Shown here: piece by piece, positions 30,107 to 41,388 of the stretch
Layout: each line of letters starts with the position of its first letter
How positions within the stretch are numbered: position 1 is the first letter of the stretch
Assembly: GCA_963779615.1 (NCBI GenBank)
Contig: CAVZZA010000003.1
Coordinates: 448,001 to 512,000, forward strand
Length of the DNA stretch: 64,000 bases
Direction: 5' to 3'
Origin: an uncultured Nitrososphaeraceae archaeon
GTDB lineage: Archaea > Thermoproteota > Nitrososphaeria > Nitrososphaerales > Nitrososphaeraceae
The notes under the pieces: generated by a model
What the model was told of the DNA's origin: nothing
The model's database searches: none
Seen by the model: the letters and a program-made list of their open reading frames with translations, nothing else
Made by a program: the position numbers and the translations under genes

Positions 30107-30622
30107 TTATGCCTCTGTTTCAACAATTAACTCAATTTTCCGGATCGATAGGGATATTTTTTTTATGCTCTCAAGGGTTTTTTCCTTGATGTTTTTTATT
30201 TTTTTTACATCTAACAGAACTCTTGTCAACTTTTGGCCATCGGGAAGCCAAATAAAATTAATGTTATCAATCCCCACAGGATAAAACAAGTTCTCTAAAA
30301 ACCGCCTATCGTTAGAATCGGACTCAACTATCCAAACATTTTTTTTGAAAGATTGTTGAATTAAATCAAACAGTTTCTTGTCAGAACGAATTGCCCTCAC
30401 ATCAGAGCTTTTAAAAATTAAAATTACTTCATTCTCTATTTCTTTTGAACCGAACAGCGTCATTTTGTCTATCTCAGAGTTGCTTTGAGCCAGTTTTGCA
30501 AGTATCATGGAACCATCTACGTCAGACGGCGTGATTTGTCCAGATTCAAGTCTATTTTCACACACATCACACAGTATACCGGTTTTAGCATCAAAAGTAC
30601 AAATTGGGGTTTTCAATATCAC
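30107..30622 (-). CDS. Archaeal NusA-like KH-domain protein with N-terminal Zn site
   Basis: PICTFDAKTGILCDVC N-terminus and IWLPDG motif. Confidence 0.75.
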   Translation of the reverse strand: MILKTPICTFDAKTGILCDVCENRLESGQITPSDVDGSMILAKLAQSNSEIDKMTLFGSKEIENEVILIFKSSDVRAIRSDKKLFDLIQQSFKKNVWIVESDSNDRRFLENLFYPVGIDNINFIWLPDGQKLTRVLLDVKKIKNIKEKTLESIKKISLSIRKIELIVETEA

Positions 30623-30810
30623 ACTCCACCTTAAATTTAACTGTGCTTAACACTTAAAAATATTGACCTGCTCATTTAATAAGAAAACTAATCGGTTGTC
30701 CATGAGGGCATGTTTAACCACAAATCAAAATCAAAATCAGAATTGCCTATTTTTTATTAGGCTGATAGGACATTGTGTTAAAAACATGCAAAAAAAGGAA
30801 AGGGAAATGT

Positions 30811-31071
30811 TCATGGGCATTTTGGTAAAAAGTTTAAACTATTTGGGAATTTGATATTTGTGCTGGTACTCAAATAAGGCTTATTTGTTTCTGGATGCCT
30901 GAAAGCAAAGATTTTCACTCTATGTCCCATTGCATTGGCAAAATAACTATTTTTATTATTCCAAATTTCATCGGCAATTGCTTCCACATCATACATAGCA
31001 GCATCTATCCCAACTTGCACTATCACACCTTTTTCATCTTTTTTAACACAGGTTACAAGAAATTCCGTCAT
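30811..31071 (-). CDS. DUF3892-like small protein
   Basis: VTCVKK...KPYLST...NSLNFLPKC pattern. Confidence 0.65.
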   Translation of the reverse strand: MTEFLVTCVKKDEKGVIVQVGIDAAMYDVEAIADEIWNNKNSYFANAMGHRVKIFAFRHPETNKPYLSTSTNIKFPNSLNFLPKCP

Positions 31072-31348
31072 AACGCTGTGTACCTATAGCCATATTAATT
31101 GTTAAACAATTTTTTTTTATTATGCCCTGCATTCAGTTTTATCAACACAATTTTGTTATAACTAAAATGCGAAAAAAGGTTTTAATTCCCCAAAGTTAAA
31201 AATAGTACAAATAAAAAAGGGATTCATCAAATGTTTCAACAGACATCTATAAGAAAACAGTAATGGAAAGGGAAATAAAACGAGTTACAGAGAGGAAAAA
31301 TTCGAAAAGGTTGCCATAAAAAACCTAACTATTGACTATGTAACCAAA

Positions 31349-32269
31349 TTGGGAATTATTACAGCCGTTGAAAACATATCATTTGAACTTTCCAGCGGAC
31401 AATCGATTGGGATAGTGGGAGAGTCAGGCTCTGGAAAGAGCACATTTGGCCTTGCGTTAATAAGATCATTACCTAAGAACGGAATTGTTCGCTCAGGAAA
31501 TGTGATAGTAGGGAATGAGGACATTTTAAATACAAATGAAAAAAAATTTGACGGAATGTACAGATGGAAGGAAATTTCCATGATATTTCAAGGCTCGATG
31601 AATAGTTTAGATCCAGTCTTTTCCATTGAAAAACAAATGAAGGAAATATTAAAAGTCCATGGCATTAAAGGAGGAAAGCACGCCGAATTAATAAAAAAAT
31701 CATTAACTGACGTCGGTCTTGACCCTGGGATGGTTACAAAAAGGTTTCCACATGAACTAAGTGGCGGAATGAAGCAAAGAATTGTAATTGCTAATTCTTT
31801 ATTGCTCAAGCCATCCATACTGATCGCAGATGAGCCCACAACAGCATTGGACGTGATAACACAATCGCAGATCATTTCTCTTTTAAAAAACATGAAAGAT
31901 TCAAAAAAAATGAAAGTAATCCTGATAACGCATGATTTGTCTTTAATTCCAAATGTAGTTGAAAGGGTTATTATTATGTATGCAGGCCAGGCTGTAGAGA
32001 TATCCGATACAAAAACAATATTCAATAACCCTTTACACCCTTACACCCAAGCACTAATAAAATCAATTCCAAGCATTAAATCGACAAAAAAAACCATTCA
32101 GTTCATTAGAGGAGATCAGCCTAATTTATTAAACATAAAACAAGGGTGCAGATTCAAGGACAGGTGTCCACAGGCACTTGATATTTGCGAAAATGACCCT
32201 CCCGATATAACCATAGAGGGAAACCAGGTAAAATGTTGGCTTTATGACGACAAAACTAAAAACAAATAA
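31349..32269 (+). CDS. Oligo/dipeptide ABC transporter ATP-binding subunit (OppD/DppD-like)
   Basis: GESGSGKS, FPHELSGGMKQR, ADEPTTALD, HPYT and C-terminal GCRF..RC. The frame stays open upstream to about 31253, so the start is uncertain. Confidence 0.93.
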   Translation: MGIITAVENISFELSSGQSIGIVGESGSGKSTFGLALIRSLPKNGIVRSGNVIVGNEDILNTNEKKFDGMYRWKEISMIFQGSMNSLDPVFSIEKQMKEILKVHGIKGGKHAELIKKSLTDVGLDPGMVTKRFPHELSGGMKQRIVIANSLLLKPSILIADEPTTALDVITQSQIISLLKNMKDSKKMKVILITHDLSLIPNVVERVIIMYAGQAVEISDTKTIFNNPLHPYTQALIKSIPSIKSTKKTIQFIRGDQPNLLNIKQGCRFKDRCPQALDICENDPPDITIEGNQVKCWLYDDKTKNK

Positions 32270-32343
32270 ATATAAAATGATAAATTTTAACGAAACTGCA
32301 CATATTAGATTTATATCTTAAATTGCATAAATAGAAAACAGTA

Positions 32344-33588
32344 ATGCAAGCGCTGTTGGATGTTCATAAAATAAGACAAGATTTTCCTATTTTAAAAAGA
32401 ATTTTAAAAAATGGAAAGAAGTTGGTATACCTAGACAATGCTGCAACCACCCAGAAACCCATACAAGTTATAAATGCAATTTGTAAATATTATTCAGAAT
32501 ACAATTCAAATATTCACAGGGCTGTTTACCAAATAGCTGAGGAGGCCACTGGAGAATATGAAAAAACAAGAGACAACATTCGCAAGTTCATAAATGCGAG
32601 ATACCCTGAAGAGATTGTTTTTACACGGAACACCACAGAATCCATCAACCTGATTGCGCATTCTTGGGGTAAAAACAACATCAGGAAGGGAAATAAAGTA
32701 ATTTTAACAGATTATGAACACCATAGCAACATAGTTCCATGGCAAATGTTGTGTAATGCAAAAGGAGCAAAAATAAATTACACAGATACCGATGATAACG
32801 GATATTTAAATTTAGAATCATTTTCAAATCATATAAAGGCTGGGGGGAAAACCAAACTCATCTCCCTTAGTCACATGTCAAATGTCCTGGGGACAATTTA
32901 TCCCGTTAAAGAGATTATAAAAATAGCTCATGAAAAAAGCATTCCCGTTGTTTTAGATGGGGCTCAATCGGTTCCACACATGGAAACTGATGTTCAAGAT
33001 ACAGATTGTGATTTTTTGGCATTTTCAGCTCATAAAATGTTAGGCCCCACAGGAGTTGGAGTTCTCTATGTAAAAAAAGAGATACTAGAATCCATGCCTC
33101 CTTTTATTACAGGGGGAGACATGATAAAAGAGGTTCATAAAAACAATACTGTTTTTAATGATTTACCATACAGATTTGAAGCCGGTACGCCTAATGTTGC
33201 AGATGTGATAGGATTCAACGCCTCCCTAGAGTACCTAAATGGAATAGGGATGAAAAACATAAGAGAGCATGAAACAGATCTTATAAAATACCTTTACAAC
33301 AATATCAAAGATATAAAAAATATCAAAATCTATGGGCCTGAAAATATCAAAGATAGAGGGGGATTAATATCATTTAATATTGATGGTGTTCATCCTCATG
33401 ACTGTGCCACAATTTTAGATGATTTCGGGATAGCCATTAGGTCTGGGCATCATTGTGCACAAGTTTTGATGGAAAAATTAGACATTGTTGCATCCTCAAG
33501 GGCCAGTATATACATTTACAACACAAAGGAAGAAGTTGATATATTTGTAGATGCTTTAAATCATGTTAGGAGAATACTCAAGGTATGA
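32344..33588 (+). CDS. sufS: Cysteine desulfurase, SufS subfamily
   Basis: YLDNAATTQKP, EHHSN.VPW, SAHKMLGPTG and RSGHHCAQ. Confidence 0.96.
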   Translation: MQALLDVHKIRQDFPILKRILKNGKKLVYLDNAATTQKPIQVINAICKYYSEYNSNIHRAVYQIAEEATGEYEKTRDNIRKFINARYPEEIVFTRNTTESINLIAHSWGKNNIRKGNKVILTDYEHHSNIVPWQMLCNAKGAKINYTDTDDNGYLNLESFSNHIKAGGKTKLISLSHMSNVLGTIYPVKEIIKIAHEKSIPVVLDGAQSVPHMETDVQDTDCDFLAFSAHKMLGPTGVGVLYVKKEILESMPPFITGGDMIKEVHKNNTVFNDLPYRFEAGTPNVADVIGFNASLEYLNGIGMKNIREHETDLIKYLYNNIKDIKNIKIYGPENIKDRGGLISFNIDGVHPHDCATILDDFGIAIRSGHHCAQVLMEKLDIVASSRASIYIYNTKEEVDIFVDALNHVRRILKV

Positions 33589-34013
33589 GCGAGGACATTT
33601 ATAGAGAAATGATATTAGATCATTACAGAAATCCAAGAAATAAGGGCAAGATAGAAGAACCTGATGTTCGAATACATGACAGCAACCCCTTATGCGGCGA
33701 TGAGATTTCCATTGATCTAAAGGTTGAGGGAGATACTATCAAAGATATCAAGTTCGACGGAAGGGGTTGTGCAATAAGTCAAGCCAGTGCTTCGATGCTT
33801 ACCGAGATGGTGTCAAACAAGCCTTTGACAACAATAAAGGACATTACAAAAAACGATATTCTTGAGAATATTGGTTTAACCAATTTGGGACCGGCAAGAA
33901 TAAAATGCGCGTTATTATCTTTAAAGGTATTGAAGCTCGGGATGATTAAGTACTATACTGACAAGGATCCCCACTCTGCCGAAAAACTAAAAGAAGAATC
34001 CAAGGTTTTATAA
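33585..34013 (+). CDS. sufU: SufU/NifU-family Fe-S assembly protein
   Basis: ILDHYRNPRN, NPLCGD, GCAISQAS and RIKCA. Overlaps the sufS stop (ATGA). Confidence 0.9.
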   Translation: MSEDIYREMILDHYRNPRNKGKIEEPDVRIHDSNPLCGDEISIDLKVEGDTIKDIKFDGRGCAISQASASMLTEMVSNKPLTTIKDITKNDILENIGLTNLGPARIKCALLSLKVLKLGMIKYYTDKDPHSAEKLKEESKVL

Positions 34014-34068
34014 AAAAATTAACAGTCAAAACCGATTTTCAATCAGGAAAAAAACATACTAACAAACT

Positions 34069-34770
34069 ATGAGTCAAAAAAGCAATACAGATATTAAACA
34101 TAATCCATTTTGGAATGTAAAATACGCACATATTTTAATATTTTTTTTATGTTTTTTGACAATTACACAGCTAGCCGTCACCGGCCTGATTAAAAACATT
34201 GATGTCCCTATCTCAAAGTATTTTGAAAACATAATAAGAAATGGACAAAGCGATTTACTAATTATCGTTATAACAACTGTTTCAGACACAATAAATCTGA
34301 TAATTGTAGGATTTGTTTTAACAATAATTAAGAAAACAAGACGCTTTGGCATGATAATGCTAATTTCACTAGTTGCAAGTACTATACTAGTAACATATGT
34401 CAAACCCCTTATCGCAATAAACCAACCACCATATACTTTTAAACCCATTGTCAGCCTTCCGGAGAAATTTAGTTTAGAAAAAGACAGTTTTATGCCCTTT
34501 GCTCAAAACTATTCATACCCATCCAATCACTTGGTGTCTACAACCGCATTTAGTTTTATTATTGGGGGATTGGTTTACTATAGAGCACCTTATCTTGCCA
34601 AAGGTTTTGTGATATTTTTTCCCACCATAATAGGAATTACAAAACTATACCTTTTACAACAATATTTTTCAGATTTAATTGGTGGGTGCATTTTGGGACT
34701 GATAATATCATGCCTAATACTAAAATTATTAAAAATAGAGTCAAAAGTACAAAAGGAAGACATCAAATAA
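34069..34770 (+). CDS. PAP2-family membrane phosphatase
   Basis: TM helices, SYPSNH and a degenerate third motif (LYLLQQYFSDLIGG). Confidence 0.8.
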   Translation: MSQKSNTDIKHNPFWNVKYAHILIFFLCFLTITQLAVTGLIKNIDVPISKYFENIIRNGQSDLLIIVITTVSDTINLIIVGFVLTIIKKTRRFGMIMLISLVASTILVTYVKPLIAINQPPYTFKPIVSLPEKFSLEKDSFMPFAQNYSYPSNHLVSTTAFSFIIGGLVYYRAPYLAKGFVIFFPTIIGITKLYLLQQYFSDLIGGCILGLIISCLILKLLKIESKVQKEDIK

Positions 34771-34828
34771 TAATAAGAAAACATATTTGAAAAACAGAAC
34801 TAACAGACGCTGAAGATAGAGAGTAAAT

Positions 34829-35337
34829 GGCTCTGTTAACTTAAGGAAAATCCTATAGCTGAAGATACTCCATCTCTTTTTGTCATGCCTATTAAAAGAA
34901 ACAGAACACCCCTCTTCAAAATACATTGGCTATGGATTGTATTTGTACTTTCTGGGTTTATCCTAAAGGGACACAACCAAAGCATTGTCCCGGTTTGCCA
35001 GGAGAAGTCATGTCCAATGAGGGAAACATGCTGATTGGAGAACAGTTTATCCTGTCATCGATAAACAAATGTGGAAAGCACCCTGTCTCCACAGGCGGAG
35101 GAGGAACGCGGTATCCTCAAGTATGCAGATTCCTGATTCCACACCATCAAGCCCATTCTTCACATGGAAAAAGTCTGATGGAAAGATCCATCCAGCATAT
35201 CAAAGACAGAATTGAAAGTTTCGATGATTATTTTCTTTGCGGGTTGAAAAAATTTTAAACTAAAGCATGTACAGCAATGGTCGAATATGTCCATTGACCA
35301 GCATAAAGGACAATTGATGGCTCAAGTTAACAATTTC
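34829..35337 (+). mobile_element. Internally deleted, degraded IS6-family element
   Basis: Left IR ggctctgttaacttaag at 34829 and partial right IR ctcaagttaaca at 35321. Transposase fragments KRNRTP..YIGYGLYLYFLGLS and KHPVSTGGG..YPQVC...IKDRIESFDDYF. Confidence 0.82.
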
Positions 35338-35391
35338 GAGGAAAGGCGAGAAAAGGTCAAACACACAAATTGAAACTGATTGAAAAAGGAA

Positions 35392-35733
35392 TCAAACCAA
35401 AGTTTCATAAACCGATGGATCGATCAACAACCAACCAAAATGATCATCATCATGTATATATCGAAACTCACGAATATGAGGCTTTAATTTTAACTTCTTT
35501 ATTCCGATTAAAAAATCATTTTGAATCTGGAATCCTAATTTTTTGGTGTTGTTGTTTACCGTTTGCGAGTCTTTTGAACGTGGTAACAGAATTCTAAAAC
35601 TAAAATTATGATCTGAATAGGATTTCGAATAAACTTTTACCATATTTTCAACCAAAATGGGAATACCTTCAAAATCATAAATTTTTTCAGTGCCCTTTGC
35701 TTTAAATGATATAATATCTTTGACATTTACCAA
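35392..35733 (-). CDS. Hypothetical protein
   Basis: Clean 113-aa ORF with an AT-rich promoter-like region upstream. Confidence 0.65.
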   Translation of the reverse strand: MVNVKDIISFKAKGTEKIYDFEGIPILVENMVKVYSKSYSDHNFSFRILLPRSKDSQTVNNNTKKLGFQIQNDFLIGIKKLKLKPHIREFRYIHDDDHFGWLLIDPSVYETLV

Positions 35734-35962
35734 GTAGATAAAAAATGATATTTGGCATCTATTAATATAGATTTATTGTTATTTCCTGACAACAAAAACC
35801 TAGATATTTTTTTCTTGGTTTAAACTTACATTCATATGAATGCGTCCTCATCCACCACAACATTTTTTAAATAAAGTTAAAATTCAAATAAAATTAAACT
35901 AAATAAAACAACTCGCAGAACTTTTCATAGCGTTTGCATTTGTAACCACAGACAAAAAGATT

Positions 35963-36121
35963 TTATTCTTTTTTAGTCGCCGCGCTTTTAGACTTGAATT
36001 TAGTTTTTAGTTTATTTAGGCTTGTTGATAATTCCTTTATTTTGGTTTCAATTTTTTTTATTTCGTTCATAGCTGAATTATCTTTTTTATCTTCGGGTTT
36101 TTCCGGTTTTTTTGAGCTCAT
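35963..36121 (-). CDS. Small Lys-rich coiled-coil protein (52 aa, below the ORF-track cutoff)
   Basis: MSSKKPEKPEDKKDNSAMNEIKKIETKIKELSTSLNKLKTKFKSKSAATKKE*, with a TATA-like tttaata about 25 nt upstream. Confidence 0.55.
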   Translation of the reverse strand: MSSKKPEKPEDKKDNSAMNEIKKIETKIKELSTSLNKLKTKFKSKSAATKKE

Positions 36122-36477
36122 GTTAGGTATTTATCAATAACTATTAAATACAATATGTTTCTTACTATAATAATATAGTATCATTTCAAATCTCTTTAAA
36201 AAAATTATCCTTTATTCAGACTAAAATAACAAACATAAACATTTTAATTAATTTTTTAAACTACTATACACCCCAACATTTTAGCATAAACAAAAAAAAA
36301 CAAAACAAATATTTAAAATGACAATCATAATGCAAACAAAACTCCCCTTTGAAAACACCCTACAAGTTTATAAGCTGACATGAATTAATATTTACAAAAT
36401 AAATATCATTTGTTTCTTTATTTTTATGGATTTTAACAACAATAAAAAGCAATCACAATAATGTAACCCATATTAAT

Positions 36478-36492
36478 GAAAACTTAAATAGA
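36478..36492 (+). promoter_or_regulatory. Probable BRE/TATA box of gdhA
   Basis: gaaaacTTAAATA ends about 24 nt upstream of the ATG at 36514, consistent with a leaderless archaeal transcript. Confidence 0.5.
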
Positions 36493-36513
36493 TAAAAATT
36501 TTTTAGGTTTGTA

Positions 36514-37788
36514 ATGTCAAATTCCGGAAATGGCAATAATTTAACTTACGACGCATATAAAATGGCACTAAAACAACTAGAAGAAGTTGCAAAACTGATA
36601 AATCTTGATCAGGGCATTCACAAGATTCTTGCAAAACCAAAGCGGGTACTAACTGTGTCTCTGCCGGTAAAAATGGATAATGAAAAAATAGAAGTGTTTA
36701 CAGGGTTTAGGTCCCAACACAATGACGCACGAGGTCCCTACAAGGGAGGGATAAGGTACCATCCCCAGGTTTCAATTGAGGAGGTGATGGCCCTCTCCAT
36801 GTGGATGACGTGGAAATGCGCTATTGTAGATATTCCCCTTGGCGGAGGAAAAGGAGGCATAATTTGTAATCCAAAAGAAATGTCTGAAGGGGAACTTGAG
36901 CGGTTAACAAGAAGGTATGCATATGCGATTTCAGACATTATAGGCCCCTATAAAGACATTCCAGCCCCAGATGTCTACACAAGAGGTGAGGAAATGGCAT
37001 GGATAATGGACACCTATTCCACTCTGAAAGGAAACTATTTGCAGCCCGAAATCATTACAGGTAAACCAGTCTCTATAGGAGGATCGCTAGGAAGAAATGA
37101 AGCAACTGGGAGAGGGGTAGGTTTTACGGTCAGAGAAGCATCTAAAAAACTAAACATCCAAATGAATGAAGCAACAGTAGTGGTCCAGGGATTTGGCAAT
37201 GCAGGTCAATTTGCTGCCCAACTAGTAGAGGAACAGGGCGCCAAGATAATAGCAGTATCAGACACAAAAGGCGCCATACTAAATAAAAATGGTTTTTCTG
37301 CAAATGAATTAATCAAGTATAAAAATGAAAATAAAACAGTAAAAGGATTTCCAGGTTCGGCAGAAATAACCAATGAAGAATTGCTCACAACTGGATGCAC
37401 TCTATTGATCCCAGCCGCACTAGAAAATCAAATTACAAAAGACAATGCTTCAAAAATAAACACCAAAATAATCGCAGAAGCTGCTAACGGACCCACAACT
37501 CCAGAAGCCGATGACATTCTCCACCAAAACAAAATTCTGGTAATTCCGGATGTCCTTGCAAATAGTGGAGGTGTAATAGTATCGTATTTTGAATGGTTAC
37601 AGAATTTGCGAAGGGAGTATTGGACAGAGGGGTATGTAAATGAGAGACTAGATGGCATACTGACAAAAGCATTTGGCGAAGTTTACAATGCACATTTACA
37701 ATATAACACCAACATGAGAACAGCCAGCAATGCATTGGCAGTTAAGAGAGTAGCGGAAGCTGTACAAATCAGAGGAATTTGGCCGTAA
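36514..37788 (+). CDS. gdhA: Glutamate dehydrogenase
   Basis: GPYKGGIRY, GGGKGG, PAPDV, GFGNAG and EAANGP. Confidence 0.96.
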   Translation: MSNSGNGNNLTYDAYKMALKQLEEVAKLINLDQGIHKILAKPKRVLTVSLPVKMDNEKIEVFTGFRSQHNDARGPYKGGIRYHPQVSIEEVMALSMWMTWKCAIVDIPLGGGKGGIICNPKEMSEGELERLTRRYAYAISDIIGPYKDIPAPDVYTRGEEMAWIMDTYSTLKGNYLQPEIITGKPVSIGGSLGRNEATGRGVGFTVREASKKLNIQMNEATVVVQGFGNAGQFAAQLVEEQGAKIIAVSDTKGAILNKNGFSANELIKYKNENKTVKGFPGSAEITNEELLTTGCTLLIPAALENQITKDNASKINTKIIAEAANGPTTPEADDILHQNKILVIPDVLANSGGVIVSYFEWLQNLRREYWTEGYVNERLDGILTKAFGEVYNAHLQYNTNMRTASNALAVKRVAEAVQIRGIWP

Positions 37789-37898
37789 ATAGAAAACTAA
37801 CCCCCACATACCTTTCTTGTGAATGCATGATTATGATATTTGACAATAAGTGTAAAAAAAATTGGGAGTTAAAATGAAACCTTGTTTGTTTTAAAAAA

Positions 37899-38249
37899 TT
37901 ATTCTGTGGAGAACGAATGTCCACATGAGCAGCTTTTTGTTACATTTGGATTAGATATCTTAAATCCTGAACCCATTAAACTTTCGATATAATCAACATT
38001 AGCCCCTTTTAGGTACTTTTGACTATAATTATCTACTAAAATTTTAACACCGTTTTGTTCCAAAACGACATCATCTTCATCTGGATTTTCTTCAAAACCC
38101 ATTCCATAAGAGAGTCCAGAGCATCCTCCCCCTGTAACATATACTCTCAAAAAGAGACTGTCTTTACCTTCCTGTTTCATAAATTCAATAACTTTTTCGG
38201 CAGCTTTTGATGTCACATCGACGACTTGAGATTGTTGAGCACTTTCCAT
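37899..38249 (-). CDS. A-type Fe-S carrier (IscA/ErpA/HesB)
   Basis: GGGCSGLSY and C-terminal CSCGHSF. Confidence 0.93.
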   Translation of the reverse strand: MESAQQSQVVDVTSKAAEKVIEFMKQEGKDSLFLRVYVTGGGCSGLSYGMGFEENPDEDDVVLEQNGVKILVDNYSQKYLKGANVDYIESLMGSGFKISNPNVTKSCSCGHSFSTE

Positions 38250-38317
38250 GACATAATACAATAGGTAAACAAGTCTATTAAGTTTTTCCAAAGGGAGTTC
38301 AAATAAAAGAAAATAGA

Positions 38318-40435
38318 TTATTTTTTAGACAAATGAGACCATCTTGCCAAGGAACCTGCTGCTGTTGCCCACGTGTTGACAGATTGATAAACAGGAACTT
38401 TATTTTCTTCTAATCTAGTAGCCATTTTTTGCGTAAATGGACCGCCCAATGCACCTACCAATATGGGCTTTCTCCTTTGTTTGTTAAAATCGGATAGAAT
38501 TTCTACTATGGTTTCTTCCAAAGGGTCATCCTGGAATACAAACCACGGCATTATAATGTCAACATTAGGATCGTCCATAAAGGTCTGAATTGCGAATTTA
38601 TAATCAGCAGCATTTGCGGATCCTGTGACATCACAAGGATTGCCAATGACATAGGTAGGCGGATAGTGAGACTTGAAAGTAGATATGCTTTGTTCACTTA
38701 GGTTTGCCACTTCGAGTCCAAGTTTTTCAAACTGATCTATAGCAGCAATTATGGGTCCAGCTCCATTTGTTACCATCGCTACCTTATTTCCGTTAGGAAT
38801 AGGTTGCCATGAAAAAGATTTTAACGAGGCAGTTAGTTCATCGTAACTGTCTACGGATATAATTCCGCTTTGAGAAAAAGCTCCTTTAACAACGGTAAAT
38901 GTTCCACCCAATGAACCAGTATGAGAGGCAGCTTGTTTTGCGCCTCTGATAGTTCTCCCATTTTTAAAGACAATAATGGGTTTTTTTCTTTCATTGATTA
39001 CTTTTTTAGCAGTATTAACAAATTTTCTACCATCCCCAAGCCCTTCTACATAAAGACCAATAACTTTTGTTTGGGGGTCCTCCGACAAATACCATATCAT
39101 ATCCGCCTCATCAACATCGGATCGGTTACCATAAGATATCATTTTACTCATACCAAAAGGCGATGAATGCTCCATAAAGGCAATACCAATAGTGCCGCTC
39201 TGAGAAAGAAATGCCACATTTCCATTCTTGGGCCGCAGCATTCTTTCATGACCTTGGAATGCACAATCTAGCCTATTTTCGCCGTTAAACATACCAATAC
39301 AATTAGGTCCGATGATACGTATATCCAACTTGGCAGACAAATCTTTGACTTGCTGCTCTATTTCTGCCCTTTCCCCACCTAATTCTTTGCCCCCACCTGA
39401 GATTATAACCACATTATGAATTCCCTTTTGTCCACATGTTTTCAATAAATTTGGAACAAACTTGAGATCCACTGTAACAACTACCACGTCAACTGGCTCG
39501 GATATTTCATCCAGGCTTTTATATGCTTTTATTCCCATTATTTCTGGGTACCCTTTGGCATTTACAGGAAAAACTTTTCCTTTATAGTCATGTTTAACCA
39601 ATGCCTCCAACACAGAGTTACCAACTTTACCTACCTCTGGTGAAGCACCTATCAGTGCCACAGATTTAGCATTGAAGAATAAATCCATGTATTTTGAATT
39701 TGGCTGTGCAACAGATACAATATCATATTTTGGACGGTCGGTCAACAAGATTTTTGCATCGGCAACGTAATAACTATCAGGATATACAATAATAGGATTA
39801 AAGTCAATGCTTTCGTAAAAAGATGAAATATCAAACCCCAAATTTCCTATATTAACTAGGGCATCACACAACATATCCAAATTTATAGGTTGAGAACCCC
39901 TATAACCTTTCAGCAGTTTTTTACCTTGGAGTTCCTCTATCATTTCCAAGGCATCAATTTTTGTGATTGGGAGAACTCTAAAAGATACGTCTTTGAAAAG
40001 TTCTGTAAAAATGCCTCCAAGCCCCACCATAATAACTGGTCCAAATTGAGGATCATTTTGCAAACCCACGATAATTTCAACTCCTTTGGGGACCATTTTT
40101 TCCAGCAAAACACCTTTTACATCGTATTTTTTAGACAACCTTCCATACATATCATTAAATGCAGATTTAACATCATCCTCATTTTTAAGATCTATTTTAA
40201 CACCCCCTACATCGGTTTTATGCAGAATTTGTGGAGATACAATTTTAGCAACAAGAGGATAACCAATTGAATTAGCTTCTTTTACAGCTGTTTCGACGTC
40301 TTTGACTAAAGCAAACTGGGGCACTTTGATATTATACGCAGTAAGAATATTTTTTGCAACCTCCTCTGTGATTACTTTTGTTTGGGTTTTAAAGGCATCT
40401 TCAAATATTGATTGTACATTTTTTTGATATGTCAA
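38318..40435 (-). CDS. 3-hydroxypropionyl-CoA synthetase (ADP-forming), thaumarchaeal 3HP/4HB cycle
   Basis: ATP-grasp domain first (HKTDVGGV), then CoA-binding domain ([22 protein letters not shown]). Closely resembles N. maritimus Nmar_1309 as recalled. Confidence 0.88.
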   Translation of the reverse strand: MTYQKNVQSIFEDAFKTQTKVITEEVAKNILTAYNIKVPQFALVKDVETAVKEANSIGYPLVAKIVSPQILHKTDVGGVKIDLKNEDDVKSAFNDMYGRLSKKYDVKGVLLEKMVPKGVEIIVGLQNDPQFGPVIMVGLGGIFTELFKDVSFRVLPITKIDALEMIEELQGKKLLKGYRGSQPINLDMLCDALVNIGNLGFDISSFYESIDFNPIIVYPDSYYVADAKILLTDRPKYDIVSVAQPNSKYMDLFFNAKSVALIGASPEVGKVGNSVLEALVKHDYKGKVFPVNAKGYPEIMGIKAYKSLDEISEPVDVVVVTVDLKFVPNLLKTCGQKGIHNVVIISGGGKELGGERAEIEQQVKDLSAKLDIRIIGPNCIGMFNGENRLDCAFQGHERMLRPKNGNVAFLSQSGTIGIAFMEHSSPFGMSKMISYGNRSDVDEADMIWYLSEDPQTKVIGLYVEGLGDGRKFVNTAKKVINERKKPIIVFKNGRTIRGAKQAASHTGSLGGTFTVVKGAFSQSGIISVDSYDELTASLKSFSWQPIPNGNKVAMVTNGAGPIIAAIDQFEKLGLEVANLSEQSISTFKSHYPPTYVIGNPCDVTGSANAADYKFAIQTFMDDPNVDIIMPWFVFQDDPLEETIVEILSDFNKQRRKPILVGALGGPFTQKMATRLEENKVPVYQSVNTWATAAGSLARWSHLSKK

Positions 40436-40587
40436 TAAAATCTGTTTGTGCGATAGGATTTAAAAATTTTCCCTAGTTTTCTCCTATATAAGTATTGATT
40501 GAGCATTAATGATTTTTTGTATGTTTAAGGTAAATAGAAGTATACTCACCGTATAATCACACACATACTACACCCTTTAAAAATTGC

Positions 40588-41304
40588 TCATTTGTAGGCA
40601 ACAACAACAATTGCCCCACCTAGGAATTTCTTCTTAAAATCAATTTTAGAAAAACTTTTTGATAACAAGTTGTATAATTCATTATTTTTTGGCCATCGCA
40701 AAAAGGTGCCGTAAAGCGTTCTGAATGGAATCCCTTGTTTTCCAGCAACCGAAAAAGCAAGTATTGCCAGGAAATATTTTAGATACATTGAAACTAAAAT
40801 TCTTAATATGACATTATCTGGTTTTCCCAAATCCACGATTACCAATCTACCATCTTTCTTTAAAACCCGATGTAACTCGCCAATTGCAAGATCAAGATCT
40901 ATAGCATCTCTCAGTGAATAACCACATAAAACAGCATCGAATGTATTACTTTTAAAAGGAATATTTTCAAAAATTCCACTGCATAAATAGAATCTAAATG
41001 GTTGTGTATGTATATTGACATCATCTTTGACCTTGTGCAACATTTCATAAATAGGATCATAAAAAAAAATGGTCACATCTCTAGAAACGTTGTCTAACAC
41101 TGTTTTTGACATATTTCCAAATCCCGAGCCAGCGTCAAGAATAACATTACCTGAACGGACACTTTTTACAACACCTTCCTTTCTAAAAGCATCATCTTTT
41201 CCCAATGAAACAACACTGTTTACCTTGTCATATACAGGAATGATATTTCTCAATACATCAATGACTTCCTTCCAGTAAGAGCTTCCCAACCCATTAATCT
41301 TCAA
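40588..41304 (-). CDS. UbiE/MenG-family SAM-dependent methyltransferase
   Basis: YDKVNSVVSLG, ILDAGSGFG, IPFKSNTFD and RVLKKDG. Confidence 0.85.
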   Translation of the reverse strand: MKINGLGSSYWKEVIDVLRNIIPVYDKVNSVVSLGKDDAFRKEGVVKSVRSGNVILDAGSGFGNMSKTVLDNVSRDVTIFFYDPIYEMLHKVKDDVNIHTQPFRFYLCSGIFENIPFKSNTFDAVLCGYSLRDAIDLDLAIGELHRVLKKDGRLVIVDLGKPDNVILRILVSMYLKYFLAILAFSVAGKQGIPFRTLYGTFLRWPKNNELYNLLSKSFSKIDFKKKFLGGAIVVVAYK

Positions 41305-41388
41305 GACGATTAATTTGTAAAGAAACCCGATATTGAGTTTTTGCGTTAAAGATATAAAAATATAAAAAATAACCAATTCATTAAACAA

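Noticed and set aside
31231-31349. Missing start codon for the upstream extension of the OppD-like gene
   Set aside because: An isolated 1-nt indel and a genuine TTG start at 31349 cannot be told apart, and it is of little biological interest.
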